From NCBI GenBank assembly GCA_963664195.1, contig OY760907.1:2752001-2816000 (forward strand): 64,000 nt of DNA, in the 5' to 3' direction. Positions 26,902-37,092 of the stretch are shown here, in pieces. The notes beneath the pieces were generated by a model. The model ran no database searches and was not told the origin of the DNA. It was given only the letters and a program-made list of their open reading frames with translations. The first letter of the stretch is position 1; each line of letters opens with the position of its first letter. The translations under genes were made by a program, and so were the position numbers. The stretch is from an uncultured candidate division Zixibacteria bacterium. GTDB taxonomy: Bacteria > Zixibacteria > MSB-5A5 > GN15 > FEB-12.

Positions 26902-27471
26902 ATGCCAGACCACAACGACACCATGGCTTCAGCCTTCAGCACCAGCAAACTCCGACGGTCAGCCGCTTTCATGGGCTTTTCCGCCGTGCTCGTTTCGGGT
27001 GCCGTAATCACCGTTTACAACAGCATGACTCCCGATCCGGTCAGCGTCTCGGGGTCAGACAGCATGCAACTGGCGATCACGACTCTCATGCCGTATATGA
27101 TCTCGGCGGTGATTGCAGCCATCACGGCAATAGGCGTTATGACCATTCTGCCGGTCTCCCGTATGGAAGCTCCGGCTCGCGAAGTCATAGCCCAGCTGAA
27201 CGAACTCGGCGCCGGCGATCTTACTGCGCGAGTCAGACTTAGCTCGGATGATCCCCTCCGCGATGTCGCCAACTCGTTCAATGCGGCGGCCATCAACCTC
27301 AGCTCGGAGATTGCGAGTTGGAAAATCATTAACCGTCAGCAGTGGGGAGCGCTCTGCCGGATTCGACATGCGGTTGAAAGCGGAGATACCGGAAGCGCTC
27401 TGAGATTCGTAGCCGAGATGGAGCAGAACTGGGATAAGATCGCCGAAATCGAGGGCCGAATAATCTCGTAG
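26902..27471 (+). CDS. Two-TM + HAMP domain protein without an output domain
   Basis: SD AGGAG; two hydrophobic segments; P...V..QL..L..GDLT.RV.L...D.L.DVA.SFN. Confidence 0.7.
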   Translation: MPDHNDTMASAFSTSKLRRSAAFMGFSAVLVSGAVITVYNSMTPDPVSVSGSDSMQLAITTLMPYMISAVIAAITAIGVMTILPVSRMEAPAREVIAQLNELGAGDLTARVRLSSDDPLRDVANSFNAAAINLSSEIASWKIINRQQWGALCRIRHAVESGDTGSALRFVAEMEQNWDKIAEIEGRIIS

Positions 27472-27475
27472 AGAC

Positions 27476-28513
27476 CTAGCTGTCTGACAGCTTTTCCTCT
27501 ACCTTGCGAAGGCGCTTCACTATCTCTGGCAGATTTCTGAGAGCGGCCTCGATACGACGGGTCTTTGAGGCCAATCTGCCCGGATTTCCGAGCATGGTCT
27601 CGCCCGGCGCTACTGATTTGGTAATGAGTGTATGAGCTGCGATAATAGCGTCGTGGCCAACCTCGATGTGGCCCGCCACGCTTGCCTTTCCGGCCAATGT
27701 GACACGGTCTTCGATAACCACAGATCCCGCTATTCCCACCTGGGCGACGATAATGCAAAAGTCACCGATCTGCACGTTGTGCCCCACCTGCACGAGATTG
27801 TCGATCTTGGTGCCGCGTCCGATTCGAGTAGGTCCAATAGCACCGCGGTCGATTGTGGTGTTGGCACCGATCTCGACATCACTGCCGATCTCCACGTTTC
27901 CCACCTGCGGAATCTTGAACGGTCCGGTTTCCGAGGCAGCATAGCCAAAGCCGTCGGAACCTATCACAACACCCGGATGCAGAGTCACGTTGTCCCCCAG
28001 GACGCAATCGTCGAGAATGCGCACACCGGGGTAGAGGAGGCAGTTGCTGCCAATTGTAACATTGCTCCCCACATACACTGAGGATACGAGTTGCGTATCG
28101 GTGCCTATATGGACGTCCTGTCCAATATGACATAGAGGGCCGACGCCAGCCGACTGCTCGACCCGGGCGTTATTACCTACTACTGAGGATTTGTCGATAC
28201 CCGGCTGCACCACACGTTTCAGCGGATGAAACAGCGACATCACGCGAGCGAATGTCAGATAGGGATCAGCGTGTCGTAGAGCCGGAATGTCGGGGCAGGG
28301 AGTGGCCGGGTCGAGAATGAGCGCTGCCGCCGAAGTTGTCGCGATAAACTTGACGTACTTCTTGTTGGCGACAAAACTGATCATGCCCGGACCGGCCGAT
28401 TCGATCGGGGCCAGTCCGTTGATGATAGTGTCGGGGTTGCCGTCGATATCGCCGCCCACGACGGCGGCGATATCAGCGAGCGTCATTGAAATACTACTGG
28501 TCGAGTTTCTCAA
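27476..28513 (-). CDS. lpxD: UDP-3-O-acylglucosamine N-acyltransferase (true start may be 28486)
   Basis: Hexapeptide repeats, GSDGFGY, KIPQVG, IGANTTIDRG, TKIDNLVQVGHN. Confidence 0.96.
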   Translation of the reverse strand: MRNSTSSISMTLADIAAVVGGDIDGNPDTIINGLAPIESAGPGMISFVANKKYVKFIATTSAAALILDPATPCPDIPALRHADPYLTFARVMSLFHPLKRVVQPGIDKSSVVGNNARVEQSAGVGPLCHIGQDVHIGTDTQLVSSVYVGSNVTIGSNCLLYPGVRILDDCVLGDNVTLHPGVVIGSDGFGYAASETGPFKIPQVGNVEIGSDVEIGANTTIDRGAIGPTRIGRGTKIDNLVQVGHNVQIGDFCIIVAQVGIAGSVVIEDRVTLAGKASVAGHIEVGHDAIIAAHTLITKSVAPGETMLGNPGRLASKTRRIEAALRNLPEIVKRLRKVEEKLSDS

Positions 28514-29030
28514 GTTGGGCGAGGACCTTATCCGTTACGTCCAGGGTTTCCTTGATGTAACCGATACCGGACTGCAGGGTGAGAATCAGGTCGTAGTCGT
28601 TTTCGATTGCCACCAGTTCAATTGCCTTGGTGAGGTTGTCCTGAATCGGTGAGACCAATTCCATATACTTCCTCTCAGCGCTGCCACCGGGACCGTAGAC
28701 TGTGCGAGTGAAAGTATCCAGAGCATCTTTCTTCACCCGGATAGTCGCCTCACGCTCTTTCTTTTTGTCTTCGGACAGGATCAGCTTCTGCTTGTCGTAT
28801 TCATCGATCATCTCTTCCAGTTCGGTCTGCATGGCCAGGGCTTCGTCGTCCCATGCCTTGCGTTCGATTTCCCACTGGTCTTCGGCGCGCTGCCACTCAC
28901 GGTAATTCTCTTTGATGACTTCATCGTTGACGTATCCGATTTTGGCTCCCTGGCCGAAAGCGGTGCCGCATGCTGCCAGTATGACAAACATGCAAGCCAG
29001 AACAAGTATTGTTTTGTTGATGGTACGCAT
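28494..29030 (-). CDS. skp: Periplasmic chaperone Skp/OmpH
   Basis: Signal peptide, KIGYVN, coiled coil, DVTDKVL; lies between bamA and lpxD. Confidence 0.9.
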   Translation of the reverse strand: MRTINKTILVLACMFVILAACGTAFGQGAKIGYVNDEVIKENYREWQRAEDQWEIERKAWDDEALAMQTELEEMIDEYDKQKLILSEDKKKEREATIRVKKDALDTFTRTVYGPGGSAERKYMELVSPIQDNLTKAIELVAIENDYDLILTLQSGIGYIKETLDVTDKVLAQLEKLDQ

Positions 29031-29060
29031 ACCGTCCTCTCCTGCGTCGTTATATGTCTA

Positions 29061-31559
29061 CTATCTAATCGTCGTTCCAATTTGGAAATGAGGCCGCCAC
29101 GACCTGTCGTCGTTTTCATCAGGGGGATCGTCAAGCGGTTTGGCGAAATCAAATCCAATCGTGCCGATACCCGGCACCAATACTCTGAACCCCACTCCCA
29201 CTCCCTTATACATGTCAGTGAACGGTTTGATGTCGTTGGCGTGCAGCCAGGAGTTGCCGGCGTCGAAGAAAACCAGCCCGTACACGCTACGCTCGACAAT
29301 CGGTATCTGCAATTCTATGTTGGATACCAGCATATACTTGCCCCGAACACGCGTGGTGAACGAAGAAGTAGTGTACGTGGAATCCGGCTCGTCACCCGGT
29401 TCTATGTTCTCCGGATCATCGTTATACCAGACGGTCGTGCGGCTTCCGGTCACCACTGAGTCAGGGGTGAGGGTGCCGTCATCGTAGCCGCGAACGGTGC
29501 CGTCATAGGCCGTACCGCCCGGGTTGAACCGATCAGAGATCAGTATCCTCTTGTCCAGATCATCATCCGAACCGCCTATTATGACGCCGTACTGTACTTT
29601 GGCCGCCAGTGCCACTTTCCAGAACAGCGGGACGAACTTGGCGAAACTGATCCGATGGCGCTGGTATCGCCAGTAGCCGGTCAACGGTCCGCCGGTGTTC
29701 TCAAATGAATACGAGAACAGTGAGCCGGAGGTAGAAAATTCTGGAAGGTTTCGGGAGTCACGAGTGAGCGTGAGGGCAATCCTTGAGGCTGACTTCCACT
29801 CTTCCTCATAAGCAACGACAGAACCGGGGAGAGCCTCTTCAATCCGCGTGCTGTCAACATGCTCGTTGTGCAAAGCCCCATCTCTCAGTTCAACCCAGTC
29901 GTAGTTGACTAACGTCGTGCGCGAATTCTGTTCGAGGAAGTCATCGTCATAGTCGTGGAAGCGATTGCGCTCAACACGGTAGGATCCTACGATTCTGAAA
30001 TAGTTGTCCGGCCAACGGAGACGTCGTCCGAGTCTGATGGAGGCACCCTGGCGTCCCTCGGTGTAGTCGTCGTACCAGCGACGGTTGAGCGAGAAGATGT
30101 CTGCGCCAAACAGCGTGGGGCGTCCGCACAGCCACGGTTCGGTGAACGAAACTGAGAACGAACTGCGATTTTTGCCGAACTCAATGTTAAACGACAGGCT
30201 CTGGCCGTTGCCCCGGAAATTCGGAATGCCCATGCCGAGCGAACCAACCAGCTTGTCCTGACTGTTGTAACCCGCGCCGGCAGAAACCTGGCCGGTCTGC
30301 TTTTCCGTTACCTTGAATTCGAGATCAATATCACCGTTCGGCAAATCAATCGGCACCGGTTCGACATTGGAAAAGAAGTTTAGCGCCATGGCGTCGCGAA
30401 CAGAACGCATCAGCAGTGACCGGTTAAATATCTGTCCCGGCCTGACGGCGAACTCGCGACGAATCACGTGGTCCTTCGTGCGGGTATTACCCGTGATCTT
30501 AACCAGATTGATATGCGCCGGAAGGCCCTCGGTGATATTGTAGCTAATATCGATAACCGAGTCGGCCCGGGTGGTGCGTTCGTCGAATACCCGACAGTGA
30601 AGGTGACCGATCTCCTGGTAGGCCGTATAGATTTCAAAGACGGACTCTTCGTACTTCTCGGTATCGAAGACCTTGCCTTCCTTGAATTTCATCTTACTTG
30701 CAAGATACTTGTCGGAGATGATCTCGTTTTGATTGAACTCAACCGTGCCAAAGTAATACCGCGGTCCCTCATACACGTTCAGGTGAACCGTCATTTTGTT
30801 GCTGGCCGTGTCGATACTGGTGCTGTCGGAGATCATGAAGGCATCGAGATAGCCCCGCTTGTGATACTCCTCGATGACTTTCTCAAGGTCTTCTTCGTAC
30901 TTCTCCTGGGCGAAGTCGGAGCTTTTCAGGAAACCGCGCTTGCGGTTACGCATTTCCTTGATGAGGGTCTTTTTGTGGACCCGGTCGTTGCCGGTGACCT
31001 CGACTTTTTCGACCTTGATCTTGGACTTCTCTTCTATCTTGAAGGTCAGGATTGCTTCGGTCGAATCGCTGTTGTAATCGAGAATACCCTCAACCTTAGC
31101 CTGAAAGTAGCCTTTCTTGGCATACTTGTCGGCAATCTCCTGGCGTTTGAGATGGATGAGGTAAGGGGAGATGTAGCCACCCACGCCAAGGCCGAGAGAC
31201 TCCTTCAGATCTTTGGACTTGATCTTCTTGTTGCCCTCGAATTCAAGGCCGGCGAGTTTGGGAAGCTCCTTGACGGTGATAAACACCTTGAGCCCCCCCG
31301 GCGCTTCTTCGGCATCAAGGCGCACATCGGAAAACAATCCCAGACCGTAGAGGCGGTGTATTGTTTTCTGAATGACTGCCGGAGTCAACGGGGAGCCCTT
31401 TACAATAGAGGACACTCCCATGATGAGCGATTCGGTTGCTATGCGGTTGCCATGAATCTCAATATCAACCACATTATATTCGACCTGGGCATTAACCAGG
31501 CCGGAGAGAGCGACAAAAAGCAACAGGGCGACAAGAGCGGTCCGTGCTCCAACAATCAT
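29061..31559 (-). CDS. bamA: Outer membrane protein assembly factor BamA
   Basis: Five POTRA starts (..I.GN), GN.RTKDHVIRRE, FTEPW, VRGY, FFDAGNSW. Confidence 0.96.
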   Translation of the reverse strand: MIVGARTALVALLLFVALSGLVNAQVEYNVVDIEIHGNRIATESLIMGVSSIVKGSPLTPAVIQKTIHRLYGLGLFSDVRLDAEEAPGGLKVFITVKELPKLAGLEFEGNKKIKSKDLKESLGLGVGGYISPYLIHLKRQEIADKYAKKGYFQAKVEGILDYNSDSTEAILTFKIEEKSKIKVEKVEVTGNDRVHKKTLIKEMRNRKRGFLKSSDFAQEKYEEDLEKVIEEYHKRGYLDAFMISDSTSIDTASNKMTVHLNVYEGPRYYFGTVEFNQNEIISDKYLASKMKFKEGKVFDTEKYEESVFEIYTAYQEIGHLHCRVFDERTTRADSVIDISYNITEGLPAHINLVKITGNTRTKDHVIRREFAVRPGQIFNRSLLMRSVRDAMALNFFSNVEPVPIDLPNGDIDLEFKVTEKQTGQVSAGAGYNSQDKLVGSLGMGIPNFRGNGQSLSFNIEFGKNRSSFSVSFTEPWLCGRPTLFGADIFSLNRRWYDDYTEGRQGASIRLGRRLRWPDNYFRIVGSYRVERNRFHDYDDDFLEQNSRTTLVNYDWVELRDGALHNEHVDSTRIEEALPGSVVAYEEEWKSASRIALTLTRDSRNLPEFSTSGSLFSYSFENTGGPLTGYWRYQRHRISFAKFVPLFWKVALAAKVQYGVIIGGSDDDLDKRILISDRFNPGGTAYDGTVRGYDDGTLTPDSVVTGSRTTVWYNDDPENIEPGDEPDSTYTTSSFTTRVRGKYMLVSNIELQIPIVERSVYGLVFFDAGNSWLHANDIKPFTDMYKGVGVGFRVLVPGIGTIGFDFAKPLDDPPDENDDRSWRPHFQIGTTIR

Positions 31560-31587
31560 CGGTAATTTCCAGTGTGCGAGACAGGTT

Positions 31588-31902
31588 TTATGATACGACT
31601 ATCTTCTTGACCTTTATTCTGGTCTGGTCCTGCCGGTGACCCTGGGTCCGACGGTATTTGGTGCGACGCTTGTACTTATAAATGAGTACTTTGTCTGCTT
31701 TATCGTTGGCCAGTACCTCGGCCTCGACCTTGGCACCTTCGACCAGCGGAGTACCTATATGTGTGGTATCATTGTCCTTGACGAGTAGTACGTCGGGAAT
31801 CTCAAATGTCTCACCCACAGCAGTTTTCTGCCGCGGGACTGTAAGCACGGCTCCTTCTTCAGCATTATACTGGAAACCGGACACCTCAAAGACAGCGTAC
31901 AT
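31588..31902 (-). CDS. rplU: 50S ribosomal protein L21
   Basis: MYAVFEVSGFQY, IGTPLVEGAKV, YKYKRRTKYRRTQGHRQ. Confidence 0.97.
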   Translation of the reverse strand: MYAVFEVSGFQYNAEEGAVLTVPRQKTAVGETFEIPDVLLVKDNDTTHIGTPLVEGAKVEAEVLANDKADKVLIYKYKRRTKYRRTQGHRQDQTRIKVKKIVVS

Positions 31903-32160
31903 TGTGTTCCTTTCGACGGCAACAGAAGTTGTTTGCCAGTTTAGAGTTAAGCCAAACAAACTAATGTTTTCGCCCGTTAAGTCAAGCTCAAACTTGTTTC
32001 TGGCCCTCCGCAAGGGCAGGAATCATCAGTTACACCGGCCAGGAAATCAATGGTTCCAGTTGTTGACAAGGGAACCTCTGGTTTTTATTCGGCTTATTGT
32101 GATTGCCTGAAAGCTTTGCGGGGTTATATTTGGAGCTTGACTGAAAGTGAGCAAAAAGCC

Positions 32161-34197
32161 ATGTCGACTCAAGACGACCTACAGACAACCGGTTCCCCGT
32201 TTAAACTCAGGGCCGGATTCCCCCCTCGAGGGGATCAGCCGCAAGCCATTCAGGAGCTTATGGACGGTCTGAAAGCCGGACGGAAACATCAAACGCTGCT
32301 TGGAGTTACGGGTTCGGGCAAGACGTTCACCATGGCCAACGTCATTGCTCAGTACGGCAAACCGGCGCTGGTGATTTCGCATAACAAAACTCTGGCGGCA
32401 CAGCTCTACGGCGAACTCAAGGCGTTTTTCCCCCACAATGCGGTTGAGTTTTTCATCAGCTACTACGACTACTATCAGCCGGAGGCGTATCTTCCAACCA
32501 CAGATACGTTTATCGAAAAAGACACAGCCCTCAACGAGGACATTGACCGGCTGAGACTTCGCGCGACCGCTTCACTACTGGATCGCCGCGACGTCATTAT
32601 AGTCGCGTCTGTTTCCTGCATCTACGGCATCGGTTCGCCGGAAGAATACCGTAAGCAAATGCTGATGCTCAAGGCAGGTACCGAAATGGATCGTGATGAG
32701 TGCATCCGGCATTTCATCAGCATTCATTATAATCGCAATGACATCGATTTCAGCCGGGGCAATTTCCGGGTCCGCGGCGACACTATAGAACTGATACCGG
32801 CCTATCACGAAACGGCACTCCGGTTTGAGTTCTTTGGCGATGAGCTTGAGAAAATCACCGAGGTTGACCCACTCACCGGCGAGATCGTAGCCGAGCGTGA
32901 TCAGGTTGCAGTCTATCCGGCCAAACATTTTGTCACTTCGCGTCCGACGCTGAATAGGTCGATCCAGTTGATCGAGAAGGAACTGGTCAAGCAGCTTGAG
33001 CACTTTCGATCCGAGGACAAACTGCTGGAAGCGCAGCGCATAGAGATACGGACCAAATACGATATTGAGATGCTGAAAGAAGTCGGCTACTGCAGTGGCG
33101 TCGAGAATTACTCCCGGTATCTCACTGGCAGAGAAGAGGGTGAGCGCCCAAAGTCGTTGATTGATTTCTTCAATCAGGATTTCATTACTATCATTGATGA
33201 GTCTCACCAGTCGATTCCACAGATCAGAGGGATGTTTGCCGGCGACCGGAGCCGCAAGGAAGTTTTGGTGAATCACGGTTTCCGGTTGCCGTCGGCGCTG
33301 GACAACCGCCCGCTCTTTTTTGATGAATTCGAGTCCATGCAGCAGCAGGTTGTTTACGTTTCCGCAACGCCTGCCGATTACGAGTTAGAGAAGTCTGAAG
33401 GTGTTGTTGTGGAACAGGTTATCCGCCCGACCGGGCTGCTTGATCCGGAGATCGTGATCAAACCGCTGGCGACTCAGGTAGATGACCTCCTCGAACAGGT
33501 CAGAATCCGCAGAGCGCGTGGGGAGAGGGTGCTGGTTACTACGCTCACAAAGCGCATGAGCGAGGACCTCACTCATTATATGGACAAGGCCGGTATTCGA
33601 GTACGTTATCTGCATTCGGAAATCAAAACGATTGAACGCACCGAGATCATCCGTGATCTTCGCCTGCACGTATTTGATGTACTCGTCGGCGTGAACCTTC
33701 TTCGCGAGGGGTTGGACCTTCCCGAAGTTTCGCTGGTAGCAATTATGGATGCCGACAAGGAGGGCTTCCTGCGGTCGGAGCGGTCACTGATTCAGACCGC
33801 CGGCCGTGCCGCCAGAAATAAAAACGGCGCGGTCATTTTCTACGCTGACAAGATTACCGACTCGATGCGCAAAGCCATGAATGAGACCGCTCGTCGTCGG
33901 GAGAAACAGATGGCCTACAACACGGAACACAATATCAATCCTGAGACCATTTTCAAAACGAGGGATGAGATCCTTCGGTCGACAAAGTTTGCCGATTCAA
34001 GGACTGTCGAGGAGAAAGTATTCGATAAGCCCAAGCAGTTCGAGATGATGTCAAACGAGGATCAAATGGCTTTTCTCGGCAATGCTATGAAGACCGCAGC
34101 AGAAAACCTGGATTTCGAGACGGCGATTATGATCCGTGACGAAATGGCGGAGCTTAAGAACCGGATGAAAAAGGTTACAACAAAACGGGGTCGTTGA
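32161..34197 (+). CDS. uvrB: Excinuclease ABC subunit B
   Basis: [49 protein letters not shown]-terminal UVR domain. Confidence 0.98.
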   Translation: MSTQDDLQTTGSPFKLRAGFPPRGDQPQAIQELMDGLKAGRKHQTLLGVTGSGKTFTMANVIAQYGKPALVISHNKTLAAQLYGELKAFFPHNAVEFFISYYDYYQPEAYLPTTDTFIEKDTALNEDIDRLRLRATASLLDRRDVIIVASVSCIYGIGSPEEYRKQMLMLKAGTEMDRDECIRHFISIHYNRNDIDFSRGNFRVRGDTIELIPAYHETALRFEFFGDELEKITEVDPLTGEIVAERDQVAVYPAKHFVTSRPTLNRSIQLIEKELVKQLEHFRSEDKLLEAQRIEIRTKYDIEMLKEVGYCSGVENYSRYLTGREEGERPKSLIDFFNQDFITIIDESHQSIPQIRGMFAGDRSRKEVLVNHGFRLPSALDNRPLFFDEFESMQQQVVYVSATPADYELEKSEGVVVEQVIRPTGLLDPEIVIKPLATQVDDLLEQVRIRRARGERVLVTTLTKRMSEDLTHYMDKAGIRVRYLHSEIKTIERTEIIRDLRLHVFDVLVGVNLLREGLDLPEVSLVAIMDADKEGFLRSERSLIQTAGRAARNKNGAVIFYADKITDSMRKAMNETARRREKQMAYNTEHNINPETIFKTRDEILRSTKFADSRTVEEKVFDKPKQFEMMSNEDQMAFLGNAMKTAAENLDFETAIMIRDEMAELKNRMKKVTTKRGR

Positions 34198-34222
34198 GAG
34201 TTTAGTATCTTGAGGTGAGTAT

Positions 34223-35173
34223 ATGAGCAAATTGTCATCGCGAGCAATCTGGTTTGCAACGGCCCTGGTCGTAGGTGTGGGAGTCATTCTCTGTGGCTGC
34301 GAGGAGAAGGACATCACTATCGTCGTCGACGAGGACGAGGTCATCAGGTACGTAACCGAGACTACCGAATGTCTGGAACTGTTCTCCACATCCGGACTGA
34401 TCAACTCTGATCCGTACACGGTGCCGTTCGACAATGCCGTCTACACGGATTCGATTCTGACGATCAAATCTTCGTATCAAGCCTTTCTCGTGCCCCTGAA
34501 AGTACAAAAACCGGGCACTAACGACACGGTCGCCAACTCCGACACTGCGCTCTATCAGGATTACGGTAACTACGGAAAACTCCGCGAGGCCCTGGTTGAA
34601 GTGACGGATGAATTTCATGTCCAGACCACCAGGACGTATGCCGATTCGACCGCTGTCGATTCCGCCTGGCGCGAGATAACCAGATACGGCTTTTTCCTCA
34701 AGCTAGGCGATGACGGCCATGAATACCTGGGTTGGCTGCTGTGGGGATACAACGGGGCCGGAAGCGCCTACAACGTCCCTCCTTTCGTGGTGCGTCTCGA
34801 GAAATGGGACGGCTCGGAATTCTCAGGTGACTACTCAATGTACCAGGACTTGCCCAAGTCCAGCGAGTTGTACATTCCCCGGATACCGTATGTTCGCCTC
34901 ATCGAGCTAGACACGGTAGTCGTACGGAGTCGGCTCACAGTATCTGTTGAGCGGTCCGAAAGTGCTCCAGGGAGTTTCCAACTGATCTCGGGTGTTGACA
35001 CCAGCGGATACTTCATGCGTAATATGATTGCTAATGGACTGGTGTCGACTGCGGTGGTAAGAGCAGACAAGAAAAACTCACGCCAATACAACTTGCTGTG
35101 CATCCAGTCGTTTGCCGACGATCTCGATTATCTGCACGACGAATACATGTGGTGCGTACCGTACGTGATGTAG
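34223..35173 (+). CDS. Hypothetical lipoprotein
   Basis: SD GAGGTG; signal peptide with lipobox-like LCGC; beta-rich body with no recognised family. Confidence 0.7.
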   Translation: MSKLSSRAIWFATALVVGVGVILCGCEEKDITIVVDEDEVIRYVTETTECLELFSTSGLINSDPYTVPFDNAVYTDSILTIKSSYQAFLVPLKVQKPGTNDTVANSDTALYQDYGNYGKLREALVEVTDEFHVQTTRTYADSTAVDSAWREITRYGFFLKLGDDGHEYLGWLLWGYNGAGSAYNVPPFVVRLEKWDGSEFSGDYSMYQDLPKSSELYIPRIPYVRLIELDTVVVRSRLTVSVERSESAPGSFQLISGVDTSGYFMRNMIANGLVSTAVVRADKKNSRQYNLLCIQSFADDLDYLHDEYMWCVPYVM

Positions 35174-35423
35174 AGAACCGGGCTGCCGTGTCCTATGCTT
35201 GTCGGGTGGCCGGGAACGCCACGAGTGGCTCAAACTTGTTTGGCCCGGAATCAAGCCTCGTGGGCGGCAGATGATATTCTGCCCCGGCCTTATCTGTTGC
35301 CGCACAGGCACCTCCAATAAAACCGCGCGTGCCCCCTTTTTTGCTTGAATACGAAGCCCCGCCAATAGTAACTTCGTCATAAGAAAACAGACGGATGTTT
35401 TTTAATCATATCAAGGAGGACGT

Positions 35424-36236
35424 ATGTCTACCAAGCCATCAAAAGGGCTGCCGTTGTTGCTGGTCGTGATTATCGCGCTGGGAGCGATCGGATGCGGCAC
35501 ACAGGTACCGTCGGGACACCGGGGAGTGTTCTACGCGAAATTCGGTGAAGGTACAGAGTTTGGAAACATCTACGGCGAAGGGTTTGCATGGCATCTGCCG
35601 TGGAACTCCATGTTTGTGTACCGGACCCAGGTGCAAGAGCGCAAGGAATCCCTGAACGTGCTGTCATCTGACGGTGCTTCGATCCGGATGGAAGTATCTA
35701 TTCTGTTCCATCCGACGGTGGATAAGCTCGATTCATTGCAAGTTATGATCGGTCCAAACTACTACAACGACGTAGTCGCGCCTAACCTTCGAGGAATCGC
35801 CCGCGGTGTAGCGGGGCGCTACAAACCGGAGGAGATTTACTCCACCAAACGAGATGAGTTGGCCTCTGAGATCCTGACGGGACTGAATAAAGAGGTGGCC
35901 CAGAAGTGGGTTGTGGTCCAGAACGTGCTTGTGCGCGACGTCGTTATCCCGGCGAAAATCTCCGAGGCGATCAACTTCAAACTGACCGCCGATCAGGAAG
36001 CTCAGAAGATGCAATTCACCATCGAGAAGGAACGTCTCGAGGCCGAGCGCAAGAAGATCGAGGCGCAGGGTATCGCCGATTTCCAGAAGATCGTGTCGGC
36101 CGGTATAACCCAATCCTACCTGAAATGGAAGGGTATCGAAGCTACTCAGAAACTGGCCGAGTCACCGAACTCCAAGGTGGTGATGGTCGGCAACACCAGC
36201 CAGAGTATGCCGGTGATTCTGAGTGCCGACAAGTAG
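35424..36236 (+). CDS. SPFH/prohibitin family protein (lipoprotein-like N-terminus)
   Basis: VPSGHRGV, EG..W..PW, EIYS.KR, A.QEAQ.M.F...KE..EAERK.IEA.GIA. Confidence 0.9.
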   Translation: MSTKPSKGLPLLLVVIIALGAIGCGTQVPSGHRGVFYAKFGEGTEFGNIYGEGFAWHLPWNSMFVYRTQVQERKESLNVLSSDGASIRMEVSILFHPTVDKLDSLQVMIGPNYYNDVVAPNLRGIARGVAGRYKPEEIYSTKRDELASEILTGLNKEVAQKWVVVQNVLVRDVVIPAKISEAINFKLTADQEAQKMQFTIEKERLEAERKKIEAQGIADFQKIVSAGITQSYLKWKGIEATQKLAESPNSKVVMVGNTSQSMPVILSADK

Positions 36237-36260
36237 ATTGAGATTTAGAGTCGACTTTTC

Positions 36261-36297
36261 AGCCCCGACCGGTTATTGAACTGGTTGGGGCTTTCTT
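36261..36297 (+). terminator. Probable terminator after the SPFH gene
   Basis: AGCCCCGACC...GGTTGGGGCT followed by TTCTT. Confidence 0.6.
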
Positions 36298-36398
36298 ATG
36301 CGGCGATACACCCGCGCTTGCATAGAAAATAATAGACATGGAAGTCACCGCATAGTATACTGCCTTGACGCCAGCTTAGCAGAACAGGGGAGAAGGTC

Positions 36399-37079
36399 TT
36401 GGATTCGTCAACGAACACAGAATCAGAGTATAAACCCGCCAATGGTCTGGCGAAGGTCACCGTTGCGGTCTTCTGGATCCTTATCGGCGAATGCTGCCTG
36501 GAGGGCGTCCTTGATCTTGCGGTTCTTTTCGGAGCGCTGGGCAGAGGCAACTCGTTGGACACTCATCTCTTGATAAGCGGACTACTCTTGTTGGTCTGGA
36601 TGCCGATGGTTCTTCTGAGTTTCGTTCTGTTCCCTTTGTGGGTTCATCGAGTCAGCAGCAATCTCAGGGTCTTCGGCGACGTTCATCCCGGGTGGGTGGA
36701 TGGCTGGGCGTTCATGTACTTCTTGCCTGTCGCCCCTGAGAAGCGTCTTATCTACAAACCTTGGAAGGCCGCCGAGTTCATCTGGAAGAAGAGCCATCCG
36801 AAACCGGAAGATCAAGATGGAAAAGCTCCCAGCTATCTGGAGCGTTGGTGGAGTCTGACGTTTGGTGCGTTCATGATATCGCTTATAGTACTCCGTTTCG
36901 CGGTCGTTGCGACGGAAGGATCGCCCGTGAAGGCCTGCGTAGCCGGTTCTGCAGTGGTGAACGTGCTCTTCGTAGTAGCTGCTCGTCTCTGCATTCGCTT
37001 TGTCAAGGACGTCACCGCTATGCAAAACACCAGGGCGCAGACTCTGCCGCACATCATGACCACCACGCCCGGCACCTGA
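36399..37079 (+). CDS. DUF4328-like membrane protein, paralog 1
   Basis: About four TMs; W.HRV..NL, W....F.P, WW, VTAMQ. Confidence 0.65.
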   Translation: MDSSTNTESEYKPANGLAKVTVAVFWILIGECCLEGVLDLAVLFGALGRGNSLDTHLLISGLLLLVWMPMVLLSFVLFPLWVHRVSSNLRVFGDVHPGWVDGWAFMYFLPVAPEKRLIYKPWKAAEFIWKKSHPKPEDQDGKAPSYLERWWSLTFGAFMISLIVLRFAVVATEGSPVKACVAGSAVVNVLFVVAARLCIRFVKDVTAMQNTRAQTLPHIMTTTPGT

Positions 37080-37092
37080 ACAGAAAGACGCC

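Noticed and set aside
26229..32132. Shared GCGG(G)GTTATATT upstream of ssb and uvrB as a possible SOS-type operator
   Set aside because: TATATT is also the -10 element at 38218 and 61630, the latter preceded by GCGGC, so it looks like the general promoter motif; it is not palindromic.
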